Of a stretch of DNA of 64,000 bases, positions 1-11,576 are shown in pieces. Each line of letters opens with the position of its first letter. Position 1 is the stretch's first letter. The stretch is taken from contig CAVUSO010000001.1 of NCBI GenBank assembly GCA_963744145.1, forward strand, positions 672,001 through 736,000. Direction: 5' to 3'. The notes beneath the pieces are model-generated. The model did no database searches. It saw only the letters and a program-made list of their open reading frames with translations, and was not told the DNA's origin. The translations under genes were made by a program, and so were the position numbers. This stretch comes from an uncultured cyanobacterium (lineage in GTDB: Bacteria; Cyanobacteriota; Cyanobacteriia; Cyanobacteriales; CAWUOF01).

Positions 1-48
1 AAATTCTTGGTTGATTTAGATATCGATCAGTTGCTCATTAGCGTGTTC

Positions 49-2133
49 CTATATGGCACTAAACAAAACTACCAAACCCAGAACACCACCAAAGACGATT
101 AAGGCATAGAATTGGACTCGACCAGTTTCGATGTATTTCAAACCCTCACCACTGAGCAAGGTAACTAATCCAGTCAGGTTAACCGCACCATCGACAATTC
201 GGTAATCAACTTCCATTACTTGTCGGGCTAAACGACGACTACCCTGAACAAACAGAGCCTCATAGATTTCGTCGAAGTACCATTTGTTCCGGGAGAATTT
301 ATATAAAACCGGAATTTTGGCAGCGATCGCGGCTGGATCAATCTTCTTACTCCCATACATCAGCACAGCTACAGTAATCCCAATCAAAGCAATTCCGACG
401 GAACTACCACCCATAATTAGGAATTCTGTCAAATTAAATTCTTCTGCTTTTGCCAATAATTCAACAGCATTTTCACTGGCTGGATGAATAAATTCTTCAA
501 AATAATTATTGAAGGGCATTCCGACCAAACCAATCAACAAGGAGGGAACTGCCAAAATCATCAAGGGTAAGGTCATGGTTAAAGGAGATTCATGGGGAAC
601 CTCACTATGATGACCATGGTGATCATGACTGTGGTCTTCCTGAGCTGCTACGCTCAATTCCTGAGCGTGCATCGCTCCTGGACCAAATACTGGTTCTGGT
701 TCCGCTATTTGACCACTTTCAGCTAGTAATAAGTTGCGGATCTGAGTATCCTGACCTCGAAATTGACCTTCAAAGGTGCTGATGTACATCCGGAACATAT
801 AAAATGCGGTAATCCCAGCCGTCAGCCAGCCAATGATCCAGAGAGCGGGATTAGCATTAAATACGGAACCTAAGATTTCATCTTTAGACCAGAATCCAGC
901 AAAAGGAGGTATTCCACAAATCGCTAAGGTGCCAATTAAAAAGGTAAAAGCGGTAATGGGCATATATTTGCGGAGACCACCCATCAGACGCATATCCTGA
1001 GCTAAAATCGGTTCGTGACCAACTACTCCCTCCATCCCATGAATGACTGAACCAGAACAGAGGAAGAGCATCGCTTTGAAGTAAGCATGAGTCATGAGGT
1101 GAAATAATCCAGCCGTATAAGCACCTACTCCCATGGCCATTACCATATATCCTAATTGGGAGATCGTGGAATAGGCTAAACCTTTTTTAATGTCGTTTTG
1201 GGTAATCGCGATCGTTGCTCCCAGAAAAGCCGTAAAAGCACCAGTCCAAGCAATCACATTCATTGCAATGGGGATGTTTTCAAAGACTGGATACATCCGT
1301 GCAATCAGGAAAACTCCTGCTGCTACCATTGTTGCTGCATGGATTAAAGCTGAAATTGGTGTTGGACCTTCCATCGCGTCTGGCAGCCAAACGTGCAAGG
1401 GAAATTGGGCAGATTTAGCTACTGGTCCTAAAAATACTAAAACCGCAAATACCGCAACTAACCCAGCACTAATAGCACCGGATTCTACCAGTTGCTGTAA
1501 GCGATCGCCCATTTCGGTAAATTCAAAGCTACCCGTAGCCCAGTAAATCCCCAGCATCCCCAGCAATAATCCAAAGTCTCCCACCCGGTTGGTCACAAAT
1601 GCTTTTTGACAAGCATCTGCGGCTGATTTCCGGTCATACCAGAACCCGATCAGTAAGTAAGAACACATCCCGACCAGTTCCCAGAAAATATAGACCTGGA
1701 CTAAGTTTGGGCTAATTACTAGACCCAACATCGAGGAGCTAAATAAGCTCAGGTAAGCATAAAAACGCACATACCCAGGATCGTGAGCCATGTAACCATC
1801 GGTGTAGATCATCACCAAAAAGGCTACTGTGGTCACAACTACTAACATCAGGGCGGTCAGATGGTCAACAGTATAGCCCATGGTCAAGTGAAAATTCCCT
1901 GCTGCTGCCCATTCAAACATCTGGGTATAGGGTGGATGTCCATTAACTTGACTCCACAGCAGAGCAAAGGAAAAAGTCATTGCTATCCCCAATAACGTTA
2001 CGACTAATACAGCATTTCCTTGTCGTAAATTATTGGTTGCCTGGTTGTAGGAGATTAGTCCTAATCCAACTAGGAGTGCCCCGACCAATGGTAGCACGGG
2101 AATTAGCCATGCGTACTGATATATAGTTTCCAT
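49..2133 (-). CDS. ndhF1: NAD(P)H-quinone oxidoreductase (NDH-1) subunit 5
   Basis: 694 aa polytopic membrane protein with KSAQFPLHVWLPDAMEGPTPISALIHAATMV and AYSTISQLGYM motifs of NuoL/NdhF. Confidence 0.96.
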   Translation of the reverse strand: METIYQYAWLIPVLPLVGALLVGLGLISYNQATNNLRQGNAVLVVTLLGIAMTFSFALLWSQVNGHPPYTQMFEWAAAGNFHLTMGYTVDHLTALMLVVVTTVAFLVMIYTDGYMAHDPGYVRFYAYLSLFSSSMLGLVISPNLVQVYIFWELVGMCSYLLIGFWYDRKSAADACQKAFVTNRVGDFGLLLGMLGIYWATGSFEFTEMGDRLQQLVESGAISAGLVAVFAVLVFLGPVAKSAQFPLHVWLPDAMEGPTPISALIHAATMVAAGVFLIARMYPVFENIPIAMNVIAWTGAFTAFLGATIAITQNDIKKGLAYSTISQLGYMVMAMGVGAYTAGLFHLMTHAYFKAMLFLCSGSVIHGMEGVVGHEPILAQDMRLMGGLRKYMPITAFTFLIGTLAICGIPPFAGFWSKDEILGSVFNANPALWIIGWLTAGITAFYMFRMYISTFEGQFRGQDTQIRNLLLAESGQIAEPEPVFGPGAMHAQELSVAAQEDHSHDHHGHHSEVPHESPLTMTLPLMILAVPSLLIGLVGMPFNNYFEEFIHPASENAVELLAKAEEFNLTEFLIMGGSSVGIALIGITVAVLMYGSKKIDPAAIAAKIPVLYKFSRNKWYFDEIYEALFVQGSRRLARQVMEVDYRIVDGAVNLTGLVTLLSGEGLKYIETGRVQFYALIVFGGVLGLVVLFSAI

Positions 2134-2324
2134 TAGTTACGCCTAATTTATCTAACTTTTTTGGCAAAACCGTTTACATTCTGACATATACTTTGGGTAA
2201 AAATAGATCCCGTGCTGATTTCCCTGTTTTCTTGAGTCAACTTAAAACTGCAATTTACCCTTTTGATCGGGTTAATTGCTTCGTTTATCAGTGAGATTAT
2301 GGTTGGTGCCTTTCCTGATCTAAA

Positions 2325-2452
2325 TTAGACAAGAAAGCAAAAGTCCTTATTGATCTATGTTATTGACAGGCAAGATGCCTGTCCCACAAAAGTTATTGAT
2401 TCTGGTGGGACAGGCATCTTGCCTGTCCTATTTATTTTTGCAAGAGGTCTAT
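2325..2452. repeat. REP-doublet/MITE-like element, family 1
   Basis: 23-bp inverted repeat GACAGGCAAGATGCCTGTCCCAC (2365-2387) / GTGGGACAGGCATCTTGCCTGTC (2405-2427); related copies at 15417-15542 and 53541-53566. Confidence 0.85.
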
Positions 2453-2658
2453 TAATTTAGAATAATCAACAGCAATATTTTTCTCAAATAGAAAATCTTC
2501 CGAAAAACCTGGACTAAATCAACGGATCGGCAACTAATTTTGTTTTTTTCAATTGAGGGGAAAATCAGGGAAAACTAACTTAATGCTGATTCTTCCTGGT
2601 TTTCCCACTCTCTATTTTTCTTGTTTGACGCTTGAGTATTAGTCCCAGGTCAGAATGG

Positions 2659-3021
2659 TTATTTACTACCAACCATTTGTTTCTGGTTAGTAATTACTTG
2701 TTCTGCGATCGCGGTGATGATTGCTTTTTGCAAATCGTCCCGTCTTTGCAATCCTTCAATCCGATGCAACACCTTACCACCAGCAAAGATAATGAGAGTA
2801 GGTAGGGTAGTTAATCGATAGGTAGTAGCTAGTTTTAAACTTTCATCAGCATTAATTTTCACTACTTTGAGCCGATCTGCCTGATCTATTTCTAGTCGGG
2901 TTAACAGGGGGTTAATTATCCGACATAGCCCACACCAAGGTGCCCAAAAATGGGCGATTACGGGGGTTGGGGCTTCTAAAACTTCTTTTGTAAAAGTGCG
3001 TTCGGTTACAGACAACACCAT
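2659..3021 (-). CDS. trxC: Thioredoxin, cyanobacterial TrxC type
   Basis: WCGLC active site in a thioredoxin-like sequence; start moved to ATG 3021 (MVLSVTERTF). Confidence 0.85.
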   Translation of the reverse strand: MVLSVTERTFTKEVLEAPTPVIAHFWAPWCGLCRIINPLLTRLEIDQADRLKVVKINADESLKLATTYRLTTLPTLIIFAGGKVLHRIEGLQRRDDLQKAIITAIAEQVITNQKQMVGSK

Positions 3022-3134
3022 TGTCCCTCTGGATTGATAACCTTTTGGATATCCAATTGGGATCATGCTACACCGATTTGGGATCAAATAAACACATAAT
3101 TTTGAGATTTCATCAACAATTTATTTCCTGTTCC

Positions 3135-3849
3135 TTACCAACCAACTTGGGCAGTTGCAACGATTAAGAGTGGGTGAGACCACCATAACAGCCCGACAAA
3201 AATAGCTACACCCAAATAAGCTGGGCGCATAAATTCTTGCCATCTAAAAGTTTGTCGTCCTTGGAGAATAGCTAGAAACGGTATAATCGAAGTCCGAGCT
3301 TTAACCGCTAAAAATTCTTCCCCATAACGAGATTCTAGACGGCGATCGCCATGCCAAACTCCAAATAAATGGTGTAAAATTAGGCCAAGAGAAGTAACTA
3401 GAGTAAAAGTTGTCCCTAACCAAAGAGTATGGGCTATACACCAGAGCAGTTGACCAACCATCTGGGGATGACGACAAATCCGAATAATACCCGTTTCATA
3501 GAGATGGACTTGGGGTTTTTGGACCGCAGCAATTTCCAGCAGGTTAAAAGTAGCTGGGTAAAGAAATAAAAAAGAAATTGCGGAGATAATCCAGACTAAA
3601 GATTGTACTCCCGGAAGATTCTTGGACTTGCCAAAGTTGCTCACCGTCATAACGATGATTAAAAAAATAAATGATTAAGACAGTAGCTAGGGGAATACTT
3701 ACGAGGGCAAAGAAAATTCGATACAGTCTTGGGCCGACTTTGGCTTCGCTCCAGGGACGCAATGCGGCTAACCCACTATGAGCGATCGCAAAACTTAACA
3801 ATAGACCTAGCATGACGAAATGACTAGGAGTCAGATGGGTGAATGACAT
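3135..3849 (-). pseudogene. NnrU family / zeta-carotene isomerase (Z-ISO)-like protein, frameshifted
   Basis: Two overlapping ORFs join as QLWQVQ / NLPGVQSL if one base near 3621 is removed; HSGLA, RHPQMVG and HHLFGVWHGD motifs; may be a sequencing error. Confidence 0.85.
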
Positions 3850-4084
3850 ATCAGCTCGACAACGAAATTAGCTTGCATTAACTTTTTGTTTCCAGAAAAG
3901 ATCGAATCAACATACTTATTGCACAAAGTTTCGGTAGACTTTTCTTGAAAATCCATTTCATAAGTAAAGTAAATATTAATACCACTTTTACCCCAAAGTG
4001 TGAGCAACAAGTCTGTCACCCTCCCTGAGCTGTGACTGAGGGGACAATAACTCTGATCATGCTATTTTCTTTTGGTTTAGCAGT

Positions 4085-5092
4085 ATGTCTGACCTTCCTT
4101 TCACTTTAGATCAGTTACGCATCCTCAAAGCGATCGCTGCGGAGGGGAGTTTTAAGCGGGCCGCCGACAGCTTATATGTGTCCCAACCAGCAGTGAGTTT
4201 ACAGGTTCAAAACCTGGAAAGACAGTTAGATGTACCATTATTTGATCGCGGGGGACGTCGAGCGCAATTAACTGAAGCCGGACATTTATTACTCAATTAT
4301 GGTGAAAAAATTCTGACCCTTTGTCAAGAAACTTGTCGAGCGATCGAAGATTTGCAAAATATCCAAGGTGGGACATTAATTGTCGGTGCTTCTCAAACTA
4401 CGGGTACTTATTTATTACCACGGTTAATTGGCTTATTTCGCCAGCGTTATCCAGATGTATCCGTCCAGTTACATGTTCATTCGACCCGTCGGACAGCTTG
4501 GAGTGTGGCTAATGGTCAAATTGACCTAGCGATTATTGGTGGGGAAGTACCCTCAGAATTGCAAGATTCCTTAGAAATAATTCCTTATGCAGAAGATGAA
4601 CTGGCATTATTGTTACCAATTCTTCACCCTTTAGCGAAAACTGATACGATCCAAAAAGAGGATTTGTATAAGCTGCAATTTATCGCCCTAGACTCCCAAT
4701 CGACGATTCGCAAAGTGATTGACCAAGTTCTATCTCGGTCAGGAATTGATCCACGTCGGCTCAAAGTCGAGATGGAGCTTAATTCGATTGAAGCAATTAA
4801 AAATGCGGTTCAATCTGGATTAGGAGCAGCTTTTGTTTCGATTTCTGCGATCGAAAAAGAGTTGCAAATGGGGATCATCCATCGGGCCAAAATTGACGAA
4901 GTAGTAGTGAAACGAATGTTATCAGTCATCATCAATCCCAATCGTTATCGCTCGAAAGCAGCAGAAGCGTTTAATCGAGAAATTTTACCGTTATTTGCCA
5001 CTCAGAACTATCAAAATTCCGAAAGTACATCAGAGCAATCTGAGTTAGTCACTTTACATCCGGTTGTTGCTAATCCTGCGGAAATTGATTAA
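4085..5092 (+). CDS. rbcR: LysR-family regulator, RbcR/Ycf30 type
   Basis: N-terminus [40 protein letters not shown] typical of Ycf30. Confidence 0.88.
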   Translation: MSDLPFTLDQLRILKAIAAEGSFKRAADSLYVSQPAVSLQVQNLERQLDVPLFDRGGRRAQLTEAGHLLLNYGEKILTLCQETCRAIEDLQNIQGGTLIVGASQTTGTYLLPRLIGLFRQRYPDVSVQLHVHSTRRTAWSVANGQIDLAIIGGEVPSELQDSLEIIPYAEDELALLLPILHPLAKTDTIQKEDLYKLQFIALDSQSTIRKVIDQVLSRSGIDPRRLKVEMELNSIEAIKNAVQSGLGAAFVSISAIEKELQMGIIHRAKIDEVVVKRMLSVIINPNRYRSKAAEAFNREILPLFATQNYQNSESTSEQSELVTLHPVVANPAEID

Positions 5093-5100
5093 TAAATTTT

Positions 5101-6471
5101 ATGGATGTTTACTGCACTCGTCCAGGTTGTCCAAAACCTGTTAATACCTTTGTTGATCTTGATGACAGCACCATTCTCAAGACGGTGCAGCAGAAATATT
5201 GTATCACCTGCGGGATGCCACTGATTTTAATTGGTCGTTATTTAACGATCCGACTGTTGGGACAGGGGGGATTTGGCGCTGCTTATCTAGCTCGCGATCG
5301 CTATACACCAGCCATGCGTTCCTGTGTGGTAAAAGTATTTCAACCTGCGGGTGATCTAACTCCTGATCAATTAGCGATCGCGCAAAATTTATTTGAAAGA
5401 GAAGCGACAGTTTTAGAAGAGTTGGGCAATAAAAGCTCGCAAATTCCTAATTTATTAGCTTTTTTTCCCTTAGAAGTTCCCAGTATGACTCCGGGAAAAT
5501 TAGAACAGTTTTTTTATTTAGTTCAGGAATTTATTGATGGTCAAACTTTAGAAGAAGAATTGACGAGCAAGGGCAAATTTTCGGAAGCGGAAGTTTTAGT
5601 AATGCTGAGGGAAATTCTCAATGTGCTGGAATTTGTCCACCAAAATGGTGTCATTCACCGAGATATCAAACTTTCTAATATTATGCGCGATCGGCATGGG
5701 CATTTTTATTTGTTAGATTTTGGTGCAGTCAAACAAGTAACTAAAGCTCCAGCAGTGGGGGGAAATCAAAGGTCAACTGGTATTTATTCCATGGGATTTG
5801 CACCTCCGGAACAAATGTCTGGTGGTCAAGTTTATCCTTCTACAGATTTATATGCTTTAGCGGTTACTTGTATTTGTTTACTGACTGGTAAAGAACCCAA
5901 GGAATTATTTGATTCCTATACTAATCAATGGAATTGGCGATCGCACATTCCTGGAGTGAGTGAGCAATTAGCCCAAGTGCTTGACAAAATGTTATTAAGT
6001 ACCCCCAGTCAACGCTTTGATTCTGCTGCTCAAGTACGAGATCAGCTTTTTTCTCCTGTTCCACTTATTAAACCTAATCCTTTACCTGCAACTATTGTAC
6101 AGAATGTGGCTGCTACTCCCCCAGTTTTTTCCCTGGTTAAGTTGTTAAGTGGAGCAGCATTTGTGGGTTTTGAGGGTGGTTTACTGTTTATTGCTTTGGG
6201 AAGTATATTACAATCACCTCTCATCAGTATGGGGATTTTGGGATTAGTTTTAGGTGGATTGATCTTTGCTCAATCTCGTCGGGTGATCAAAGGTAAAGAT
6301 TTACCAATAATTGCCGGAATTACTTTGGCAATTATTGTTTTTTGTCCACCTTTGCACAGTGGGTTTGAGTTAGTCTATGTGATCATTATAGCAGTTTTAG
6401 CTGGATTAGGAGCGATCGCGATTACCGCACTATTTCGATTGATTTACAATTTTCTTTCTAATATTATTTAA
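5101..6471 (+). CDS. Ser/Thr protein kinase with N-terminal 4-Cys region and C-terminal TM helices
   Basis: CTRPGC...CITCG prefix, GQGGFG, HRDIK, DFG, PPE motifs. Confidence 0.93.
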   Translation: MDVYCTRPGCPKPVNTFVDLDDSTILKTVQQKYCITCGMPLILIGRYLTIRLLGQGGFGAAYLARDRYTPAMRSCVVKVFQPAGDLTPDQLAIAQNLFEREATVLEELGNKSSQIPNLLAFFPLEVPSMTPGKLEQFFYLVQEFIDGQTLEEELTSKGKFSEAEVLVMLREILNVLEFVHQNGVIHRDIKLSNIMRDRHGHFYLLDFGAVKQVTKAPAVGGNQRSTGIYSMGFAPPEQMSGGQVYPSTDLYALAVTCICLLTGKEPKELFDSYTNQWNWRSHIPGVSEQLAQVLDKMLLSTPSQRFDSAAQVRDQLFSPVPLIKPNPLPATIVQNVAATPPVFSLVKLLSGAAFVGFEGGLLFIALGSILQSPLISMGILGLVLGGLIFAQSRRVIKGKDLPIIAGITLAIIVFCPPLHSGFELVYVIIIAVLAGLGAIAITALFRLIYNFLSNII

Positions 6472-6551
6472 GCCCACCAATACTCCATCAACTGGACAAG
6501 GGCTGATTGAAAAAGCTAGTTTTGTCAAAATCCGTTAATCTAATTAAATTT

Positions 6552-7577
6552 ATGTCACAAAAAAAAGAAACTATTGTTTTAGGTTTGACGATTTTAATCA
6601 CAACTATCTTAGTTGGTAGTGGTGGGTGGTGGTTGATGAATCGTTCTGGTGTTAATCTCAATCAGAAATTAAGCAATAGCCAAAAAACAGCTAATATCGA
6701 AAGTTTTGCGAAAGTACCTGATATACCATCGGGATTATTTAGTTATGGGGGTAGTACCACTTCGGCCCCAATTCGGCGCGATATAGACCCGATCATTCAA
6801 GATGTTTGGCCCAATTTTAAATTGCGTTATACTGCACCGATTACAGATATTCCAGGTTCAGGGACTGGGATTAAAATGTTATTAGATAATCAGCTAACTT
6901 TTTCCCAGTCTTCTCGGAGTATTAACCAGGAGGAATACCAAGCAGCTAAACAAAAGGGATTTACTCTGAAAGAAATTGCGATCGCGATTGATGGGATTGT
7001 CTTAGTTGTTAATCCTCAGTTAAATATTCCTGGTTTAACCTTAGCCCAGATTAAGGATATTTATACTGGCAAAATTACTAACTGGAATGAATTAGGCGGT
7101 CCCAACCAAATTATTATTCCTTATACTCGTAGTATCGAAGGATCAGGGACAAGCGCGTTTTTTGCAGAAAATGTTTTAGGAAATGAAAAATTTGGGAATA
7201 ACGTGGAGTTAGTTTCCCGAACCACTGAAGCTTTGACAAAGGTGGGAGAAAATTTAGGTGGAATCTATTATGCTTCTGCTCCGGAAGTTGTGACCCAATG
7301 TAGTGTTAAACCTTTACCAGTTGGTCGTAAACTGGAGGAAATGGTTGCTCCTTATCAAAAACCGTTAATTCTACCGGATCAATGTCCTCATCAAACCAAT
7401 AAAATTAATCAAGAGGTATTTCAAAATGGCAATTATCCTCTGACGCGACGGTTATTTGTCATTGTTAAGGAAAATGGTCAAATTGACCAGCTAGCTGGAG
7501 AAAGCTATGGGAAACTAATGTTGACAACCCAGGGACAAGAGCTAGTTGAAAAAGCTGGTTTTGTCAGAATACGTTAA
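6552..7577 (+). CDS. PstS-family phosphate-binding protein with N-terminal membrane anchor
   Basis: GGSTT, GSGTGI, SSR, AIDGI, SGT motifs; start set at ATG 6552. Confidence 0.88.
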   Translation: MSQKKETIVLGLTILITTILVGSGGWWLMNRSGVNLNQKLSNSQKTANIESFAKVPDIPSGLFSYGGSTTSAPIRRDIDPIIQDVWPNFKLRYTAPITDIPGSGTGIKMLLDNQLTFSQSSRSINQEEYQAAKQKGFTLKEIAIAIDGIVLVVNPQLNIPGLTLAQIKDIYTGKITNWNELGGPNQIIIPYTRSIEGSGTSAFFAENVLGNEKFGNNVELVSRTTEALTKVGENLGGIYYASAPEVVTQCSVKPLPVGRKLEEMVAPYQKPLILPDQCPHQTNKINQEVFQNGNYPLTRRLFVIVKENGQIDQLAGESYGKLMLTTQGQELVEKAGFVRIR

Positions 7578-8105
7578 TAAATTGATCAATTAAAGTTTAA
7601 CTGATGGCAGTAGGTACTTATCTGGGGAAAATCTAGCCAATCTTGCTAGATCAATAGATCCGAGAGCCGAAAATGTGGTACAATATAATTTTTTTAAAAT
7701 CTGAGATTTACCCAAATATCAGATCAGATCAAAACTTTTGTCATCAAGCTCAATTTTTACTTCTGGTTTTTATCTGTGATAAATGTATGCAAATTAGGAT
7801 AGTCTAGACTAGGTAATAATAAAAATTGTTAACAAATAGGGGAATTCTTCCAATTCTTGAGGGAAAATAGAATTGATAGTTGAACCGCGACCGTCAAAAT
7901 GCCTAGATTGATTACAGTTAAAGGAGGAATCGCGAGCAATTAAAGATTAATATGTTAGTTATTTGGGTATATAGTAAAAAAAGGTTTTAATTTTGACGTA
8001 AGTAGTGTTCCCAGAAAAATCATAAATATGGCAAAAGGTTAGTAGGGTAGCGTGAGGTTAGAGCTACCAAAATTTGTAATAATCATTTTCAAGAGCTGTA
8101 AATGA

Positions 8106-11100
8106 ATGAACCCAAATACATATCCAAATAAAATAGTATTAAATTTGACTTGGCCAACTTTATCTACTTTGCTACAAACCATCCAAATTGCACTGAACTC
8201 AAGTGGGTGGTTACGGGCAATCTTAGTAGTGGGGGAAAATTTGGAATTGTGCCAGAGTTTAGCACAAATCTGGGAAGAAGCGGCCAAAAAAATCCTGACT
8301 CAACTAGAAGTAAGTCACCCAGAGCGACGGTTGATCGGATTAAATCCGTTAGAACCAGAAGCGACCTTATTGCATGGCCAAAAACCAACCGTGATTACTA
8401 TTAATGGGATATCAGCCAGTTTAGTAGCGATCAGTTCTCGGTTTAATATATGGATAAGTTTAGATCCAGATTTAAAAAATACAAAAATTAATTATCAACC
8501 AGAGCATCGGGCCGAAAACTGGACGGAAGCATTTTGTGCTTGGCCATTAAATGTATCTTTAATATTTGATCCAATTACGATCGCGGATTTACTAAAAATT
8601 CCTCAAGTTTCTTCTGCTTTACCTTACTGTTGCGACCTAGAAGCATCAGAGTTGCGAAATGATGATCGGATTTTACGTCAATTTTGGCTACAATTAATGC
8701 AGCTGATTCAATTTGATGCAGCGCAGGAGATCATCCCTGCGAGTCCAAGTACCTCGATCGCCAAACCAGAGCTGTTAGAAACGAAAAATCAGCATTCCCA
8801 TTTATCTTCATCAATTGCCGAAGATCATCTCCTCCAAGCATCACCAATTGGGATCATCTATGAAGGATTAGATGGCAGTATTCTCAGAGCAAATCGAGTT
8901 TTTTGTCAGATGATTGGCTATACTGAAAGCCAACTACGGCATTTAGATTGTCGAGCCATTTCCCATCCAGAGGACTTTGTTACTGATCTGAGAATCATCC
9001 AACAGATGCTTGATGGTGGCATAACTCAACAAACTAGACGTAAACGCTACATTTGCCGGAATGGTTCCCAGGTTTGGACAGAAGTAACCATGTCATTAGT
9101 CGGAGAAAGTGCCGCTGAAGATAGTTGTTATTTATTAACATTTGTGCGAGATATTAGTCTCACCACAACCGTAGAGCAGGAAATTCAAGATCGTCGAGCG
9201 CGAGAAGAACTGCTCAAAGAAATCGTCGTGAAAATACGTGCTACCAATGATTTACCGACGATCCTCCGGATCGCAGTAAATCGACTGAGAAAAGCTCTCA
9301 ATACCCATCGAGTGTTAGCATATCAATTTAATCCTGACTATAGCGGCGCTTGTGTGGCTGAAGATGTGGATATTAGTTATCAGTCCATGATGGGACAAGC
9401 ATTTTCCTCAGAATGTATTCCACCACCATATATAGAAGCTTATCGTCGGGGACGGTTGTGGAGTGTAGCCGATACTCATGTTTTATCCCTGGCTTCCTGT
9501 CATAAAGAAATGCTCGATCTAATCAATGTACGGAGCATGATTGCGGTGGCAATTCAATATGCTGAGGAAGGTACGGATTTAGGAACAGGAAAGTTATGGG
9601 GTTTGTTAGTAATACATCATTGTCAAACTCCGAGAGCTTGGACAGAAGATGAAAAACAATTGGTGGGTACGGTAGCAAATCAAATGGCGATCGCGATTGC
9701 CCAAGCTACATTAGTAAAACGATTACAAGCTTATACTCAAGATTTAGAAAATTCTGTCAAAGAACGGACTTGTTCATTAGAGCGATCGCTAAAATTTGAA
9801 CAATTAATCCGAAGTTTAACAGAAACTCTTGCCCTCACCCAAGATGAAGATTTAGTGGTAAAAGCTACCGTAGAAGGGTTAGTCCAAACCCTGTTAGTTG
9901 ATGGTTGTTATGCGGGATTTTTTAATGCTCAGAAAAAGATTTTTGAAGTTACCCATGAATATGGCTTAGGGATGATTGGTTTATCTCTAATTGGTCAACC
10001 ATTTCCCTTTCCTAATTATCCTGAGCAATGTTTTCATACTCTCCAATCTGGGGAGATTTATCTCCAAACAGAAACCTCCGTGGGAGAATGGGAAAAAAGC
10101 GAGAATATCCAGACTAAAGAAGGGATCGCAATGAGGCAAAATGGTCATCATGGATCATTAACCTTTCCCTCACCAGCACTACTGAAGTCTGGTTTATCAG
10201 TACGTTCTCACCCTAGCAACAGGGATCTAGGACAAAACTCAGTTTTAATTTGTCCAATTTTCGATAATCAAGAATTAATGGGAGCGATATGTATATTTCA
10301 AAATCAGCCCCGACAATTTGATCCCAATGAAGTCAAACTACTCAAACAAGTAGCAAATCAATGTGCGATCGCGATTCGTCAATCGCGTCTTTATCAACAA
10401 GAACATTCTGCTCGTCTGAGTGCCGAATATTTTCGTTCATTTTTGGAACAATCTAACGATATTTTTGTCGAATATGACTCCCATTTGCGTTATTTATCAA
10501 TTAATCTTGCTGGTGCAGAAATTTTAGGAAAACTCCCAGCAGAAGTAATTGGGAAAACCAATCGAGAGCTATTAGGACATAATGCTGATGTGATTGAACC
10601 CTTAATTCGTCAAGCTTTTAATACTGGTGAAAAAGTTTTTGCCAATCACGAAATTAATTTACCAATGGGAACTAAAACTTTTGAAGTTGTTTACACCCCA
10701 ATTAAAACATCTAACGGCAATATTCAGCGTGTAATTGGAGTAGGTCGAGACGTAACTGAAATTAGAAAACAATGGCAACTTTTACAAGCTCAAAATTATC
10801 AATTGGCAGAACTTAACCGACTGAAAGAGGAATTTATTGCTACTACCAGTCATGAATTACGCACTCCTTTAACAGCGATTCTAGGGTTTTCCAGTGTTTT
10901 AATTGAACAAACATTTGGTCCACTCAATCAGAAACAAAAAGATTATATAGAACGCATTCATACTAGCGGTGAACATTTATTAGAATTAATTAATGATATT
11001 CTCGATTTATCTCGAATAGAAGCAGATCGGTTAGAATTAGAACCACAACTAATTTTTATTAGTGATATTTGTGAAAGTGTGATTAGTTTATTACAAGAAC

Positions 11101-11576
11101 GAGCAGTAAATCAAGGTTTGACGCTTCAGCTTGATGTCGAGCCAGATTTGGAATATATCGTCGCTGATCCCAGAAGATTGAAGCAAATGTTGTTAAATTT
11201 ATTAACTAATGCAGTTAAGTTTACTCAAGAAGGAACCGTAGGATTAAAAATATATTGTTCTCATAACAGTACAATTTTGAATTTTCAAGTTTGGGATACG
11301 GGAATCGGTATTAATGAAGCTGATCAACAGCGTCTTTTTGCACCTTTCTCCCAAATTGATTCATCTTTATCGCGCAAATATCAAGGAACTGGATTAGGAT
11401 TAGCCATTACTCGCAAATTAGCTGAACTTCATGGTGGTTCTATTAGTTTAGACTCTTGCCCAGGTAAAGGTTCCAGTTTTACTATTTCTTTACCTTTGCA
11501 TCGCAGTTCCCTGATGTCAATGAATCTAAACAATCAGTACGAATGGCAACGTTTTTCCGAATTTAAAAATGAATAG
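8106..11576 (+). CDS. PAS-GAF-GAF-PAS sensor histidine kinase; first GAF cyanobacteriochrome-like
   Basis: HPED PAS motif, LWGLLVIHHC GAF motif, SHELRTPL H-box, NAVKFT, DTGIG and GTGLGL boxes. Confidence 0.92.
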   Translation: MNPNTYPNKIVLNLTWPTLSTLLQTIQIALNSSGWLRAILVVGENLELCQSLAQIWEEAAKKILTQLEVSHPERRLIGLNPLEPEATLLHGQKPTVITINGISASLVAISSRFNIWISLDPDLKNTKINYQPEHRAENWTEAFCAWPLNVSLIFDPITIADLLKIPQVSSALPYCCDLEASELRNDDRILRQFWLQLMQLIQFDAAQEIIPASPSTSIAKPELLETKNQHSHLSSSIAEDHLLQASPIGIIYEGLDGSILRANRVFCQMIGYTESQLRHLDCRAISHPEDFVTDLRIIQQMLDGGITQQTRRKRYICRNGSQVWTEVTMSLVGESAAEDSCYLLTFVRDISLTTTVEQEIQDRRAREELLKEIVVKIRATNDLPTILRIAVNRLRKALNTHRVLAYQFNPDYSGACVAEDVDISYQSMMGQAFSSECIPPPYIEAYRRGRLWSVADTHVLSLASCHKEMLDLINVRSMIAVAIQYAEEGTDLGTGKLWGLLVIHHCQTPRAWTEDEKQLVGTVANQMAIAIAQATLVKRLQAYTQDLENSVKERTCSLERSLKFEQLIRSLTETLALTQDEDLVVKATVEGLVQTLLVDGCYAGFFNAQKKIFEVTHEYGLGMIGLSLIGQPFPFPNYPEQCFHTLQSGEIYLQTETSVGEWEKSENIQTKEGIAMRQNGHHGSLTFPSPALLKSGLSVRSHPSNRDLGQNSVLICPIFDNQELMGAICIFQNQPRQFDPNEVKLLKQVANQCAIAIRQSRLYQQEHSARLSAEYFRSFLEQSNDIFVEYDSHLRYLSINLAGAEILGKLPAEVIGKTNRELLGHNADVIEPLIRQAFNTGEKVFANHEINLPMGTKTFEVVYTPIKTSNGNIQRVIGVGRDVTEIRKQWQLLQAQNYQLAELNRLKEEFIATTSHELRTPLTAILGFSSVLIEQTFGPLNQKQKDYIERIHTSGEHLLELINDILDLSRIEADRLELEPQLIFISDICESVISLLQERAVNQGLTLQLDVEPDLEYIVADPRRLKQMLLNLLTNAVKFTQEGTVGLKIYCSHNSTILNFQVWDTGIGINEADQQRLFAPFSQIDSSLSRKYQGTGLGLAITRKLAELHGGSISLDSCPGKGSSFTISLPLHRSSLMSMNLNNQYEWQRFSEFKNE

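Noticed and set aside
2558..2607. Riboswitch or structured leader upstream of ndhF1
   Set aside because: Only an imperfect hairpin downstream of trxC with no recognisable aptamer motif
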